A stretch of 32,759 nt of DNA from Myxococcota bacterium (GCA_036336835.1 JAYZFK010000002.1:1-32759), one strand, 5' to 3'. Counted from the stretch's first letter, positions 17,997 through 31,858 are shown. Program-made: numbers and translations. The notes: generated by a model from the letters alone, not told the origin.

Positions 17997-20440
17997 TCCT
18001 CCTCCGTCGCCAGGACCATGACGCTCGGGTCGAGCCCCAGGCTGCCACGCAGCATGGCGCGGGCTGTGCGCGCGTCGCCGAGCGACTCGAACGGCCCGAC
18101 GTGGATTTCGTAGATCAGCGATCCGTTGACCTGGGTCGTCACCAGCGCGCCGTCGTGGCCCCCCTCGAGGATCTTCGTGAGCGTCTCGGTCGCGTCCTGC
18201 TCGCTGGCGAAGACGGCCGCCTGCAGGCCGTAGCGGGGCTCCGGGTCCGGCGCGAGGTCCACCCGTGAGATCGGGTCCGCCGCCAGCTCGCTCATCCGGT
18301 CGACCGGATAGCGTTCGCGGTGATCCAGCACGGCACCGCGCACCGGGTCGTGCCCCCGCAGCTTGGCCAGCGAGATGCCCTCCGCCTCGGCTGCGTCCCG
18401 CTCGTCGCCGTCCAGAGCGAGGTTGTCGCCGGCTGCCTGGCTGAACTGCTCGCGTCGATCGATCGTCGCGCGCTCGAGATCTGCCTTCGAGCGGATGATA
18501 TGGGGCGTCAGGAAGAGCAGCAGGTTCTGCTTGGTGGTCGAGGTTTCGACGGTCTTGAATGCCCAGCCGAGGCCCGGGATGTCGCCGAGGAAGGGCACCT
18601 TCGTCTCGGTATCCTGGACGTTGTCGCTGATCAGACCGCCGATCACGACGGTCTCACCGTCGGAGACGACCACCGTGTTCTCGATCTGGGTGTTGGTCAG
18701 CGCGACGCCCGTGTCGCTCCCCGAGAAATCGGACATCGTCAGGCCCTCGTTTACGTCCGACAGCTCCTGGAAGATCTTGAGTCGCAGCGTGTTGCCTTCG
18801 CTGATCTGTGGCGTCACGCGCAGCGTCACCCCGATATCCTGGCGCTCGACGTTGACGGAGGTCGAGAGCCCACCATCGGTGTTGCCCACCGCGCCGTCGA
18901 GGCGGCTCGTGATGATTGGAATGTTGTTGCCGATCCGGATCTCGGCCTCCTCGTTGTCCGAGGTCAGGATGTGCGGGGCGGAGATGACGTCGACAGTGTT
19001 GTCACTGGCGGCGGCGCGCAGGAGCGTCTGGATCGTAGTGTCACCGGCTTGGCCCGCGGCGTTCACGGCGAAGGGAGAGGTGCCCACCAGCCCGATCTGG
19101 CCCAGGGCGGATGCCGCCGCCGCGTCGGTGACGGACTGGATCGAGATATCCCAATCCCCCATGAACTCAACCAGAGCGTTGAATCCGAGCTGCATGCTGT
19201 CCGTCACGTCGACTTCCATGATCAATGCTTCGACCAGAACCTGTGGTCGCTGAATGTCGAGCTTCTCGATGACGCGGCTCAGGGTCTCGTAGGCCTCCTT
19301 GCTGGCCTGGATCACGAGCGAGTTGGTGCCGGGATCGGCCGTCAGCGTGATGCCCTCGGCCAGCTCGGTCACGGCCGAGCGCAGCTGGGCGCCCGCACCG
19401 GGCTGACCTGCTCCTCGGGTGGCGCCGGCGCTCGGCGCCCCTTGCTGGCCGCTGAGCAGGGAATTCAGCGTCTGGGCCAGCTCCTCGGCGTCCGCGTGCT
19501 TCAGGTAGTGGACGTGGATGCGTCCCGAGCCCTCCACCGGCACGTCGAGCTGGACGATCAGCTTGCGCACATCGGCGATCTGCGCGCTCGGCGCCAGCAC
19601 CAGCAGCGAGTTGGTGCGCGTATCGGTGATGATGCGGACCCGGACGCCGGGCCCGAGCTGGGGATTGATCACGGCCTGCTCGCCAGCGCCGCGCGCCCGC
19701 CGCGCCCGCCGCGCCCGGGGCGCCGCGCTGGCGCCCGTCGTCGAGACCTCGGCGCCGTAGATCTCGGAGATCTGTTCGCCGAGCACCCCGGCGTCGGCGT
19801 GCTCGACCTTGATCACCGCGAGCTCCTCGCGGTGCGATGCGACATCAATCGCATCCAGGATCTCGAGCAGCCGGCGGATGTTCGAGGCCGTGTCCGTCAG
19901 GATGATGGTGTTGGTCTGCGGGTAGGCGACCATCGCTGCATCCTTCGAGACCAGGGGCTTCAGGATGTTGGTGATGTCGCCTGCGTTGATGAAGCGGACG
20001 GGGATCAGTCGGGTCACGAAATGATCGCGATTCGGACTCGGTGCCCCGTCGCTCACCGTCTCGATGCTCGACTCCTTCGCCTCGCGAACCGGGATCACCT
20101 TGATTGCGCCTCCCGGTCCGGTCACGGTCGTGAATCCCTTGACCTGCAGCACCGACTCGAAGACCGCGTAGGCCTGTTCGACGGTCACCTGCGAGGGCGA
20201 CACTATGGTGACGCGGCCGCGCACCCGGTCGTCGTAGATGAAGTTCTTGTTGGTCAGCTGCGCGATCGTCTCGATCACGGCCGCCAGCTCGACGTCGTCG
20301 AAGTCGAGCTGGACGAGCACTTCGTCTCCGGTCATGTCGTTCGTGGCGCGCTGTGCAGCCGATGGCGCCGCGAGCAGGGCCAGTGTGAAGAGCGCCGCGA
20401 GCGCACTCCTCCAGTGGGAAATCTTGTCCATCGGCGTCAT
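17993..20440 (-). CDS. gspD: Type II secretion secretin D with a C-terminal SPOR-like domain
   Basis: Signal peptide; N0 LDFDDVEL...KNFIYDDRVRG; N-domains (DTRTNSLLV, ADPGTNSLVI); secretin core QVLVEALIMEV, GVTLRVTPQI, KVPFLGDIPGLGWAFK and NLLLFLTPHII. Confidence 0.95.
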   Translation of the reverse strand: MTPMDKISHWRSALAALFTLALLAAPSAAQRATNDMTGDEVLVQLDFDDVELAAVIETIAQLTNKNFIYDDRVRGRVTIVSPSQVTVEQAYAVFESVLQVKGFTTVTGPGGAIKVIPVREAKESSIETVSDGAPSPNRDHFVTRLIPVRFINAGDITNILKPLVSKDAAMVAYPQTNTIILTDTASNIRRLLEILDAIDVASHREELAVIKVEHADAGVLGEQISEIYGAEVSTTGASAAPRARRARRARGAGEQAVINPQLGPGVRVRIITDTRTNSLLVLAPSAQIADVRKLIVQLDVPVEGSGRIHVHYLKHADAEELAQTLNSLLSGQQGAPSAGATRGAGQPGAGAQLRSAVTELAEGITLTADPGTNSLVIQASKEAYETLSRVIEKLDIQRPQVLVEALIMEVDVTDSMQLGFNALVEFMGDWDISIQSVTDAAAASALGQIGLVGTSPFAVNAAGQAGDTTIQTLLRAAASDNTVDVISAPHILTSDNEEAEIRIGNNIPIITSRLDGAVGNTDGGLSTSVNVERQDIGVTLRVTPQISEGNTLRLKIFQELSDVNEGLTMSDFSGSDTGVALTNTQIENTVVVSDGETVVIGGLISDNVQDTETKVPFLGDIPGLGWAFKTVETSTTKQNLLLFLTPHIIRSKADLERATIDRREQFSQAAGDNLALDGDERDAAEAEGISLAKLRGHDPVRGAVLDHRERYPVDRMSELAADPISRVDLAPDPEPRYGLQAAVFASEQDATETLTKILEGGHDGALVTTQVNGSLIYEIHVGPFESLGDARTARAMLRGSLGLDPSVMVLATEEE

Positions 20441-21342
20441 CGTTCAGCTCCGAGCATCTGTGAGAGCTGGGTCGAATCGACTTCGATCACCTGGCCGTCC
20501 TTGAGTTCAATCTCGAACTCGTCCGCCTGAGTGAACTCAGTCAGGAGGCGGGAGCTCGCTTGAGGGCTGTCGATCATGATTCCGTTCAGTGCGGTGATCA
20601 CGTCACCGCTCTCGATCCCCAGCTTTGCGTACAGGCTGTCCGGCTTCACCTGATTGAGCCGGACGCCCACCATTTCCCCCTCACTCCATTCCGGCACGAT
20701 GCGCGCCTGCGAGTACAGGCTGGCGGTCGTGCGTCCGCCGCCTTGCTTCTGCAACTTTTCGATGCGCTGCGCAATCGTCGGGCGCCCCGCATTGAGTCGC
20801 TTCCTTCCCGCTGCCCTGCGGTCGCGCGCCCGTCGAGGCGCTTTCGCGACCGGGTCCTCGCTGTCGTCGTGCAGGTCGAGACGCTCACGCTTCTTTCCGT
20901 TCTGCAGGAATACGGTGCCGCGCCGGATCGCGATGACCTCGACCTTCGGGTGGTTCTTCAGCCGATCGCCGATGAACACCACCTCGTGCTTGCGGCTGCC
21001 GCGATCCATGATCGCGGCGTTGGCCAGCAGCAGGTCGTCGGTGGCGATGGTGCCGAGCAGCTCGAGCGGCAGCCTGGTCTCGACGGCGACGAGTTCTTCC
21101 GGCGGAGGTTCCTCCTCGGGGGGCTTCTCGCCCGCGATCCGGGCGCCGAACAGGTTGCGCTCCAGGATCGACTTTCGCTCCTCGGACTGGCGCAGGCCCC
21201 CCTCGACGAATGGTGTCACTGCGACCGCCGTAGGCGGGCTCGGAAGAGCCTCAGCGAGCACCGAGACGAGGATCTGGGCTGCGAAGAAGCAGCCCAGCAC
21301 GAACAATGTGACGTTCGCGCTCCGAATGGCCCATTGGCGCAT
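20437..21342 (-). CDS. gspC: Type II secretion protein C with a PDZ domain
   Basis: ATG 21342 follows AGAGGAG (ATG 21435 is an alternative). TM segment, ILERNLFG, HR domain (LELLGTIA...AAI) and PDZ (GVRLNQVKPDSLYAKLGIESGDVITALNG). Confidence 0.9.
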   Translation of the reverse strand: MRQWAIRSANVTLFVLGCFFAAQILVSVLAEALPSPPTAVAVTPFVEGGLRQSEERKSILERNLFGARIAGEKPPEEEPPPEELVAVETRLPLELLGTIATDDLLLANAAIMDRGSRKHEVVFIGDRLKNHPKVEVIAIRRGTVFLQNGKKRERLDLHDDSEDPVAKAPRRARDRRAAGRKRLNAGRPTIAQRIEKLQKQGGGRTTASLYSQARIVPEWSEGEMVGVRLNQVKPDSLYAKLGIESGDVITALNGIMIDSPQASSRLLTEFTQADEFEIELKDGQVIEVDSTQLSQMLGAER

Positions 21343-21642
21343 CGGCGTCGATTCTCCTCTCGCCCGCGGGGCATCTCGCACGGCCCCGGCGGGCTGTGCG
21401 GATGCATGCTCAGCGTCTGTGTGGTCCCCGCCCATCTCGAGGCGCCGATAGGATAGCTTTGCAGCGACTCTCGATCCACTCAAAACGTCGTAGTTTCAAG
21501 GGGTTATTGAATCTCAACGATTGCGGGTTGGCTGCCGCCGGGCTGCCTTCTCGCCGCATTCGAACGATGCTCGTCGCCTCGCTGGGGTTCCCTGCGACGG
21601 GAAACTTGTGGGCTGGTACTTCCGTTTTCGTGACGCAACCCG

Positions 21643-21670
21643 TTGACACGGAGAGTGTCGGATCCAGGTT
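21643..21670 (+). promoter_or_regulatory. Candidate sigma-70-type promoter for dnaK
   Basis: Perfect TTGACA at 21643-21648, then 16 nt to a weak CAGGTT -10-like hexamer. Overlaps the inverted repeat GACAC-N5-GTGTC. Confidence 0.35.
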
Positions 21671-21785
21671 TTGCAGGCATTTCGAGTCTCCCCCCGAGGG
21701 GGAGTCGGCGCCGGCGAAGAGCCGGTGATACAGGCAGTCTTGCCGGGCGCCGATCCGGGCACCCGCTGGCATGAGGAGATCGACG

Positions 21786-23708
<1,923 letters not shown>

Positions 23709-24095
23709 CCCCTTCCAGGGCGAACCGCGCGGAGAGCTGTTCGGAGACCCCGGCGACGCGCTCTCGAGCGATCGCTGGCAGCCGGCGATCGACGTGTTCG
23801 AAACCGAGGAGACCCTGGTCGTGCGCGCCGAGATTCCGGGCCTGCGCGGAGAGGATCTGCGCGTCCGGATCGACGGAGACGTGCTTCACGTCAGCGGTGT
23901 GCGCACGCTCCCCAAGGAACCCGGCGTGCGTCGGCTCCACCGGATGGAGATCGCCTTCGGCCCCTTCGAGCGCACCGTGCGCATCCAGGTGCCGTTCGAG
24001 AGGGAGCGCGTGAGCGCCCACCTGGAAGACGGCTTCTTGCGGGTCATCCTGCCCAAGAAGTCGCCTCGGCGACGGCGCGTCGACGTGGAGACGAC

Positions 24096-26558
<2,463 letters not shown>

Positions 26559-27392
26559 CTGCGCGCGGGCCGGCGTCCGCCTGTGCGGCTCGCTCGTCCT
26601 GCTCGGCGTCGGGGGGCTGGGCTGTGTTGGCCTCGGGTCCCACCAGGAGGTCGTCGGCGAGCGCGACGCGCTCGTCGAGAGGCTCCAGCTGCTCGAGGCC
26701 TCCAATGCGAGCCTGAGCGCCGAACGCGTGAGCCTGCTGGAGAGCCTCGAGGACATCCGCGAGGAGCGAACGGCCCTCGATCGCAATGTCCAGCAGCTGC
26801 ACAAACAGGAGGCCGAGCTCACCAGTAGCCTGCTGGCGCGCGAGACGGAGCTCACCCGGCAGAACGTCGAGGTGGTGCGCCTGCGCGACACCTACAAGGC
26901 TCTGGTCGAGGATCTGGAGTCGGAGCTCGCCGCGGGCCAGATCGCGATCCAGGAGCTGCGTGAGGGGCTGCAGGTCCACATTGCCGACGAGATCCTGTTC
27001 GCCTCGGGCTCGGCGCGGCTCGGTACGCAGGGCGCGCAGATCCTGCTCAAGGTGGCGGGGCAGCTCGCCAAGCTTCCGCACGCGATCGAGGTCGCGGGCC
27101 ACACTGACAACCTCCCGATTACGGGCGTGTTGGCAAGGCGCTATCCCAGCAACTGGGAGCTCGCCGGCGCGCGGGCCGCGAGCGTCGTTCGCCTCTTCGA
27201 GCGCGCCGGGGTCGACCCGTCGCGGCTGGTCGTCGTGTCGCATGCCAGCACCCGACCGATCGCGTCGAATGACACGCCCGAGGACCGCTCGCGCAATCGC
27301 AGGATCGAAATCCACCTGAAGCCCAACCCCTCGGCTCCGGCCACCGGCCCCGCCGGGTCGTCCCAGGGCCAGGAGACCCCCGCGGGCGGTTC

Positions 27393-28733
27393 GTGAGCCC
27401 CACGGCTCCCCCCGACGCGCTCCCGCACCGCGAGCTCGAGACCTGGTTCCGCGTCGGGCTCGGCGCCGTCTCGGCCGAGCGTGCGCTCGAGCGTGCCATC
27501 GAGGGCGACGCCGGATCGCTCAGGATCGGTGGCGAGCGAGTGCCGGCGGGCAGCCGAATCGTGGCGCTTGCGATCGGCAAGGCGGCGTGCGCGATGGCGC
27601 GCGAGCTCGAGCGACACGCCGGGGATCGCATCCGCAGCGGCCTGGCGATCACCAAGGACGGACACACTTTGCCGCTCGAGCGCTGCACGGTGCGCGAGGC
27701 GGGCCATCCGATCCCCGATGCTCGCTCGGCGGCCGCCGCACGCGAGGCGCTCGAGCTCGTTGCGGCCGGCGCTCCTGACGAGTGTCTGGTGGTGCTGCTG
27801 TCGGGGGGCGCATCGTCGCTGACCGCGCTCGCCGGACCTGGCCTCGAGCCGGGCGATCTCGCCCGAACCAGCGAGTGGTTGCTCGCCAGTGGCGCGGAGA
27901 TCGAAGAGATCAACTGCGTGCGCAAGCATCTGGGCGCGTTCGGCGGCGGCCGGCTGGCCGAGGCGGCCGCCGCGCGTCGCATCGAGCTGCTCGCAATCTC
28001 GGACGTGTCGGGCGATCGGCTCGACGTGATCGGTTCGGGTCCCTGCAGTGCCGACCCATCGAGCTGGGGGGATGCTCTCGCGGTTGTGACGCGCCGCGGC
28101 GGGCTCGACGTTCTGCCGCCCGGGGTGGTCGCGCGGCTGCGTCGCGGTGCTCTCGGCGAGCTCCCAGAGACACCGGGTCCGGGGGATCCTGCGCTCGATC
28201 GCGTGAGGGCGCAGATCGTGGCGCGAAACGCCGATGCGCGCCGCGCGGCGACGGCGGCCGCGCGCGCCGCGGGCTGGCCGGCGCTGGACGCTGGCGAGGT
28301 GCTGCGGGGCGAAGCGCGGGAGCTGGGCGCGCAGCTCGTGGAGCGCGCGAGGAGCGCGCTGGGCGGTCCGCGCGGCGTCTACATCGCCGGCGGCGAGACG
28401 ACGGTGACGCTGCGCGGGAGCGGCCTCGGCGGGCGCAGTCAGGAGTGTGCGCTGGCCGCGGCGATTGCCGGGCGGGGAGCCGGCGACTGGACACTGCTGG
28501 CAGCCGGCAGCGACGGTGGCGATGGCTCCAGCGACGCCGCGGGCGCGCGCGCCGATGGCGGAACGGTCGAGCGCGGCCAGCGCGTCGGCTGCGACGCCGC
28601 AGCGGCGCTGGCACGCAACGACAGCCACACGTTCTTCGCGCGCGAAGGAGGTGTGCTGCGTACCGGGCCGACCCACACGAACGTGATGGACCTCGCGCTC
28701 GTCGCGCTCGGCCGGAGCGACAGCCGGGCGTGA
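27393..28733 (+). CDS. Glycerate kinase type 2 (DUF4147/MOFRL, TtuD-like)
   Basis: AIGKAA, AGHPIPD, LLSGGASSL, EINCVRKHL, ISDV.GD....IGSGP, GGETTV, GGRSQE, SDGGDG and TGPTHTNVMD. Confidence 0.92.
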   Translation: MSPTAPPDALPHRELETWFRVGLGAVSAERALERAIEGDAGSLRIGGERVPAGSRIVALAIGKAACAMARELERHAGDRIRSGLAITKDGHTLPLERCTVREAGHPIPDARSAAAAREALELVAAGAPDECLVVLLSGGASSLTALAGPGLEPGDLARTSEWLLASGAEIEEINCVRKHLGAFGGGRLAEAAAARRIELLAISDVSGDRLDVIGSGPCSADPSSWGDALAVVTRRGGLDVLPPGVVARLRRGALGELPETPGPGDPALDRVRAQIVARNADARRAATAAARAAGWPALDAGEVLRGEARELGAQLVERARSALGGPRGVYIAGGETTVTLRGSGLGGRSQECALAAAIAGRGAGDWTLLAAGSDGGDGSSDAAGARADGGTVERGQRVGCDAAAALARNDSHTFFAREGGVLRTGPTHTNVMDLALVALGRSDSRA

Positions 28734-30100
28734 CGGGTGCGCGGCGAGTGCGACGCTGGCTGCAGCGCGCTGGCGGCCTGGTCGCTCGCGCCGCCGCGCT
28801 CAGCGTGTTGATCGCGCGCGCGGCGGCGCTCTACGCCTGCGGCGCTGGTGGCGGGCCTCGAGACCGGAAGGACGCCCGCTACGGGCGCTTCGCGGCAGAC
28901 TTCGTCGCCACCGCCACCCGTTATCGCGGCGGCCTGATCAAGCTGGGGCAGCTGGCGAGCCTGCGGATCGACGTACTTCCGGCGAGCGTCACCGAGCAGC
29001 TGGCGCGGCTCCAGGACCGCGTCGAGCCGCAATCGTTTCGCGAGATCGAGCGCCAGCTCATCCGCGAGCTCGGAGTGGGCTGGCGCGATCATTTTGGCCG
29101 CTTCGAGGAGCAGCCGATTGCGTCGGCGAGCCTGGGCCAGGTGCACCGGGCGGCGACGCGGAGCGGGGCGGAGCTCGCGGTGAAGATCCTGTATCCCGGC
29201 ATCGAGGCGTCGGTGGGCGTCGATCTCGCCGCGGCCCGTCTGGCGCTGTGGTGCTTCGACTGGCTCGTCGTGCCGGACCTGATGCAGGTGTTCCGGCAAG
29301 TCCGCGAGTCGTTGCTCGGCGAGATGGACTACCTGCGCGAGGGCCGGGCGGCCGAGCGCATCGGTGCCCACCTGGCCGCGGACCCGGCACTCGCCGACCA
29401 TCTGTGCGCACCGGTGATCTACTGGGAGGCGACGCGGCGCCGCGTACTGTGCATGGAGTACATCGGCGGCGATCGGATCAACGACCGGGAAGCGCTCGAG
29501 GCGCGCGGCGTCGAGATCGATCGGGTGGTGATGTGGGCGGCGAGGGCCTTCCTGCACATGATGCTGCGCGACGGCGACTTTCACTGCGATCCGCATCCCG
29601 GAAACCTGCTGGTCGACTCGCAGGGCCGGGTCGCGATCGTCGACTTCGGGATGAATGCCCAGCTGCGCAAGGGAACGTTGGCAGCGATGCGCGACCACGT
29701 GGTGGCCGTGGTGCAGCGCGATCGCGATGCCTTCGCGCGCTCGCTGGCCGCGCTCGAGATGATCGACGACGACGACATTCCGGTCGCACGCGAGCTCGCC
29801 GAGCTGGCCTTCGATCCGGCCTACTTCAATCTGACGCCGGCCGAGGTGCTGCAGATCGACTTCGTCGAGTACTTCGGCTCGCTGCGTTCCCGGCTGCGTC
29901 GGATCCGCAGCTTCCGGATCCCGGACGGGCTCGTGATGTGGGGCCGGGCACTGTCGCTGCTCTACGCACTGGTGTCCGAGCTCGCGCCGGGGCTCAAGCC
30001 GCTCGATCTGCTCGGACCCTATGCGCTGGACTTTCTCCAGGTCGGTCGCGAGGCGGCCAGACGATCCAAGCCGGGCGCCGGCAGCGGGGTCGAAGCATGA
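28730..30100 (+). CDS. ABC1/AarF/UbiB family atypical kinase
   Basis: GTG 28730 overlaps the upstream stop. IKLGQ, LQDRV, IASASLGQVHRA, AVKILYPG, EMDYLREG, FHCDPHPGN and VDFGM. Confidence 0.93.
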   Translation: MTGARRVRRWLQRAGGLVARAAALSVLIARAAALYACGAGGGPRDRKDARYGRFAADFVATATRYRGGLIKLGQLASLRIDVLPASVTEQLARLQDRVEPQSFREIERQLIRELGVGWRDHFGRFEEQPIASASLGQVHRAATRSGAELAVKILYPGIEASVGVDLAAARLALWCFDWLVVPDLMQVFRQVRESLLGEMDYLREGRAAERIGAHLAADPALADHLCAPVIYWEATRRRVLCMEYIGGDRINDREALEARGVEIDRVVMWAARAFLHMMLRDGDFHCDPHPGNLLVDSQGRVAIVDFGMNAQLRKGTLAAMRDHVVAVVQRDRDAFARSLAALEMIDDDDIPVARELAELAFDPAYFNLTPAEVLQIDFVEYFGSLRSRLRRIRSFRIPDGLVMWGRALSLLYALVSELAPGLKPLDLLGPYALDFLQVGREAARRSKPGAGSGVEA

Positions 30101-30162
30101 ACGCACGGCTTCCAGTAGCTTTTGCCGCCTTCTCCGCCCCACGTGTCACAGGAGGTCGTTCC

Positions 30163-30615
30163 ATGTACCAGCTCGCGTCGTCCCGGCTCGGGATCGTGCT
30201 CGCCACCCTTGCAGCGGTCCTGTTGGCACAGCTTCCCGCCGGTGAGTCCGCCGCCCAGCGCAAGTCCAAGTCCATCCAATCGGAGGCCCGCTGGGTCTCC
30301 TTCGACGCCGAGGCCAAGACCGCCACGGTCAAGATCGTCAAGCCCGGCAAGATCCGCGACAAGCAGCAGCGCAAGCAGATCAAAGCGGGCAAGCAGGTCG
30401 TATTCGACGTCACCCCCGAGGGCTCGGTGCTCACCCGCACGACTGTCGCGATCAACGGCATGAAGTCCGAATTCGCCGACATCAAGCCCGGCAAGCGCGT
30501 CTATGTCTACTGGAGCGTGGACGAGGCGAGGCCGCATGGTCGCTACGCTCGCAAAATCGACGTGATCTTCTCGCGCGAGGAGCTCGAGGCCCGCTACGGG
30601 GCCGAGGACGAGTGA
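30163..30615 (+). CDS. Hypothetical secreted Lys-rich beta protein
   Basis: ATG 30163 follows GGAGG (ATG 30097 is an alternative). Signal-peptide-like N-terminus and normal GC3 codon bias; fills the gap in a co-directional run. Confidence 0.75.
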   Translation: MYQLASSRLGIVLATLAAVLLAQLPAGESAAQRKSKSIQSEARWVSFDAEAKTATVKIVKPGKIRDKQQRKQIKAGKQVVFDVTPEGSVLTRTTVAINGMKSEFADIKPGKRVYVYWSVDEARPHGRYARKIDVIFSREELEARYGAEDE

Positions 30616-30670
30616 GCCCGTCGGCGACCGCCGTCGCGGCCGCAGCGAGACCAGATCGAGGAGGACCAGC

Positions 30671-31159
30671 GTGGCGGTCAGTGTGGACGAGTTCAAGGCG
30701 GCAATGAGCCTGCGCGCGGGCGGGGTTGCGATCGTCACGGCGCGCAGCGGCGAGACCGTGCACGGCATGACCGTCACCGACTACGTTGGCGTGTCGGCCG
30801 ACCCGCCGCTGGCGCTCGTCTGCGCCGACAAGACGAGCAACACGCTGGGCGTGATTCGCGACGGTCGCTGCTTTGCGATCAACCTGCTGTCGGTGGCGCA
30901 GGTGGAGCTATCCAACCGGTTTGCCTCGAAGCGCCACGAGTGGGAGCGTTTCGATGGCCTGGCTTGCACTGCAGCCGTGACGGGGGCGCCGTTGCTCCCG
31001 GACGCCGTCGCGAGCCTGGATTGCGCGCTCGAGGCCGAGCACGACGCGGGAGACCACGTGATCTTCATCGGACGCATCGAGCAGGTCGAGACACGCGATC
31101 TCGAGCCCCTGGTGTACCTGGCGGGCCGCTACGGCTCGGTGGCGCCGCTGGACGGATGA
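30671..31159 (+). CDS. Flavin reductase family protein
   Basis: FKAAM...GGVAIVT, HGMT, VSADPPL, FAINLL, SNRFAS, GAPLL and AGDHVIFIG. GAGGA RBS. Confidence 0.93.
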   Translation: MAVSVDEFKAAMSLRAGGVAIVTARSGETVHGMTVTDYVGVSADPPLALVCADKTSNTLGVIRDGRCFAINLLSVAQVELSNRFASKRHEWERFDGLACTAAVTGAPLLPDAVASLDCALEAEHDAGDHVIFIGRIEQVETRDLEPLVYLAGRYGSVAPLDG

Positions 31160-31806
31160 GCGGGCCCGCGCTGCGGCTGGTCGCCTGGTCCGACTATCTG
31201 TGTCCGTGGTGCGCGAACGCGTCGCTGCGGCTCTACCGTGTCGCAGACGAGTTTCCCGAGATCGAGCTCGAGTGGCGCAGCTACCTGCTGCGACCGGCCC
31301 TGCGTCCGGCGCCGTCGAGCGAGCTCGCTGCGGCCGAGCGTCTCGAGAAGTTCCGTCACTACGCGAGATCGTGGTCGCGTCCGGCGCAGGAGCCGGATGC
31401 CGCCAAGTTCCGGTTCTGGGCGAGCGATGCCACGCCACCGACGCACTCACTGCCCGCGCAGGTGGCTGCCAAGTCCGCCGCGCGCCTGGGGCGCAGCGAG
31501 TTCCGGGCGTTCCACGAACGCTTGATGCGGGCCTACTTCGAGGAGAACCGCGACATCAGCGATGCCGGGGAGCTGCGGTCGCTGTGGCTCGAGCTCGGGC
31601 TTGCACGCGACGGCTTGGCCGAGTCGGATGCCCCGGAACTGGTCGCGGCCGTGCTCCGCGACCACAACGAGGCGCTCGAGCACGGTGCTACCGGCGTTCC
31701 CGCGGTGATGCGGGTCGGCAACGACGCGCTGGTCATCGGCGCTCAGCCACTCGAAACCTATCGACGCTGGGTCGAGCGCTCGCTCCGAACGACGCGAGGC
31801 GAGTAG
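31156..31806 (+). CDS. DsbA-family oxidoreductase (FrnE-like)
   Basis: ATGA overlap; WSDYLCPWC, LEWRSYLLRP, LMRAYFEENRDISD, GATGVP and GAQP. Confidence 0.92.
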   Translation: MSGPALRLVAWSDYLCPWCANASLRLYRVADEFPEIELEWRSYLLRPALRPAPSSELAAAERLEKFRHYARSWSRPAQEPDAAKFRFWASDATPPTHSLPAQVAAKSAARLGRSEFRAFHERLMRAYFEENRDISDAGELRSLWLELGLARDGLAESDAPELVAAVLRDHNEALEHGATGVPAVMRVGNDALVIGAQPLETYRRWVERSLRTTRGE

Positions 31807-31858
31807 GAAGACTCAGTCTTCCTACTCGCCTCCTCGAGGGGCTCCGAAAGGGACCCCT
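31796..31858. terminator. Tandem hairpins between convergent genes; probable bidirectional terminator
   Basis: GAGGCGAGTAGGAAGACT-C-AGTCTTCCTACTCGCCTC (31796-31832) followed by AGGGGCTCC-GAAA-GGGACCCCT (31837-31858). No U-tract. The repeats are certain; the function is inferred. Confidence 0.55.

Noticed and set aside
19690..19717. Short 9-bp tandem repeat (GCGCCCGCC) in gspD
   Set aside because: Under three copies, in frame, encoding an RARRARRAR loop linker; not evidence of phase variation.
18320..20530. Long ORFs antisense to gspD and other genes (42..1403, 3893..5428, 5515..6828, 12397..13728, 23886..25400, 28439..30142)
   Set aside because: Shadow frames of well-supported genes; Arg/Ala/Gly-rich with no recognisable domains.
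8241..21342. No prepilin peptidase (gspO) in the T2SS cluster
   Set aside because: Commonly supplied by pilD elsewhere in the genome; not evidence of a defect.
21462..21480. GG-N10-GC on the minus strand upstream of gspC, and GG-N11-GC at 21660-21674, as sigma-54 promoters
   Set aside because: The first matches poorly (TGGA...TCGC) and the second has the wrong spacing; both are expected by chance at this GC content.
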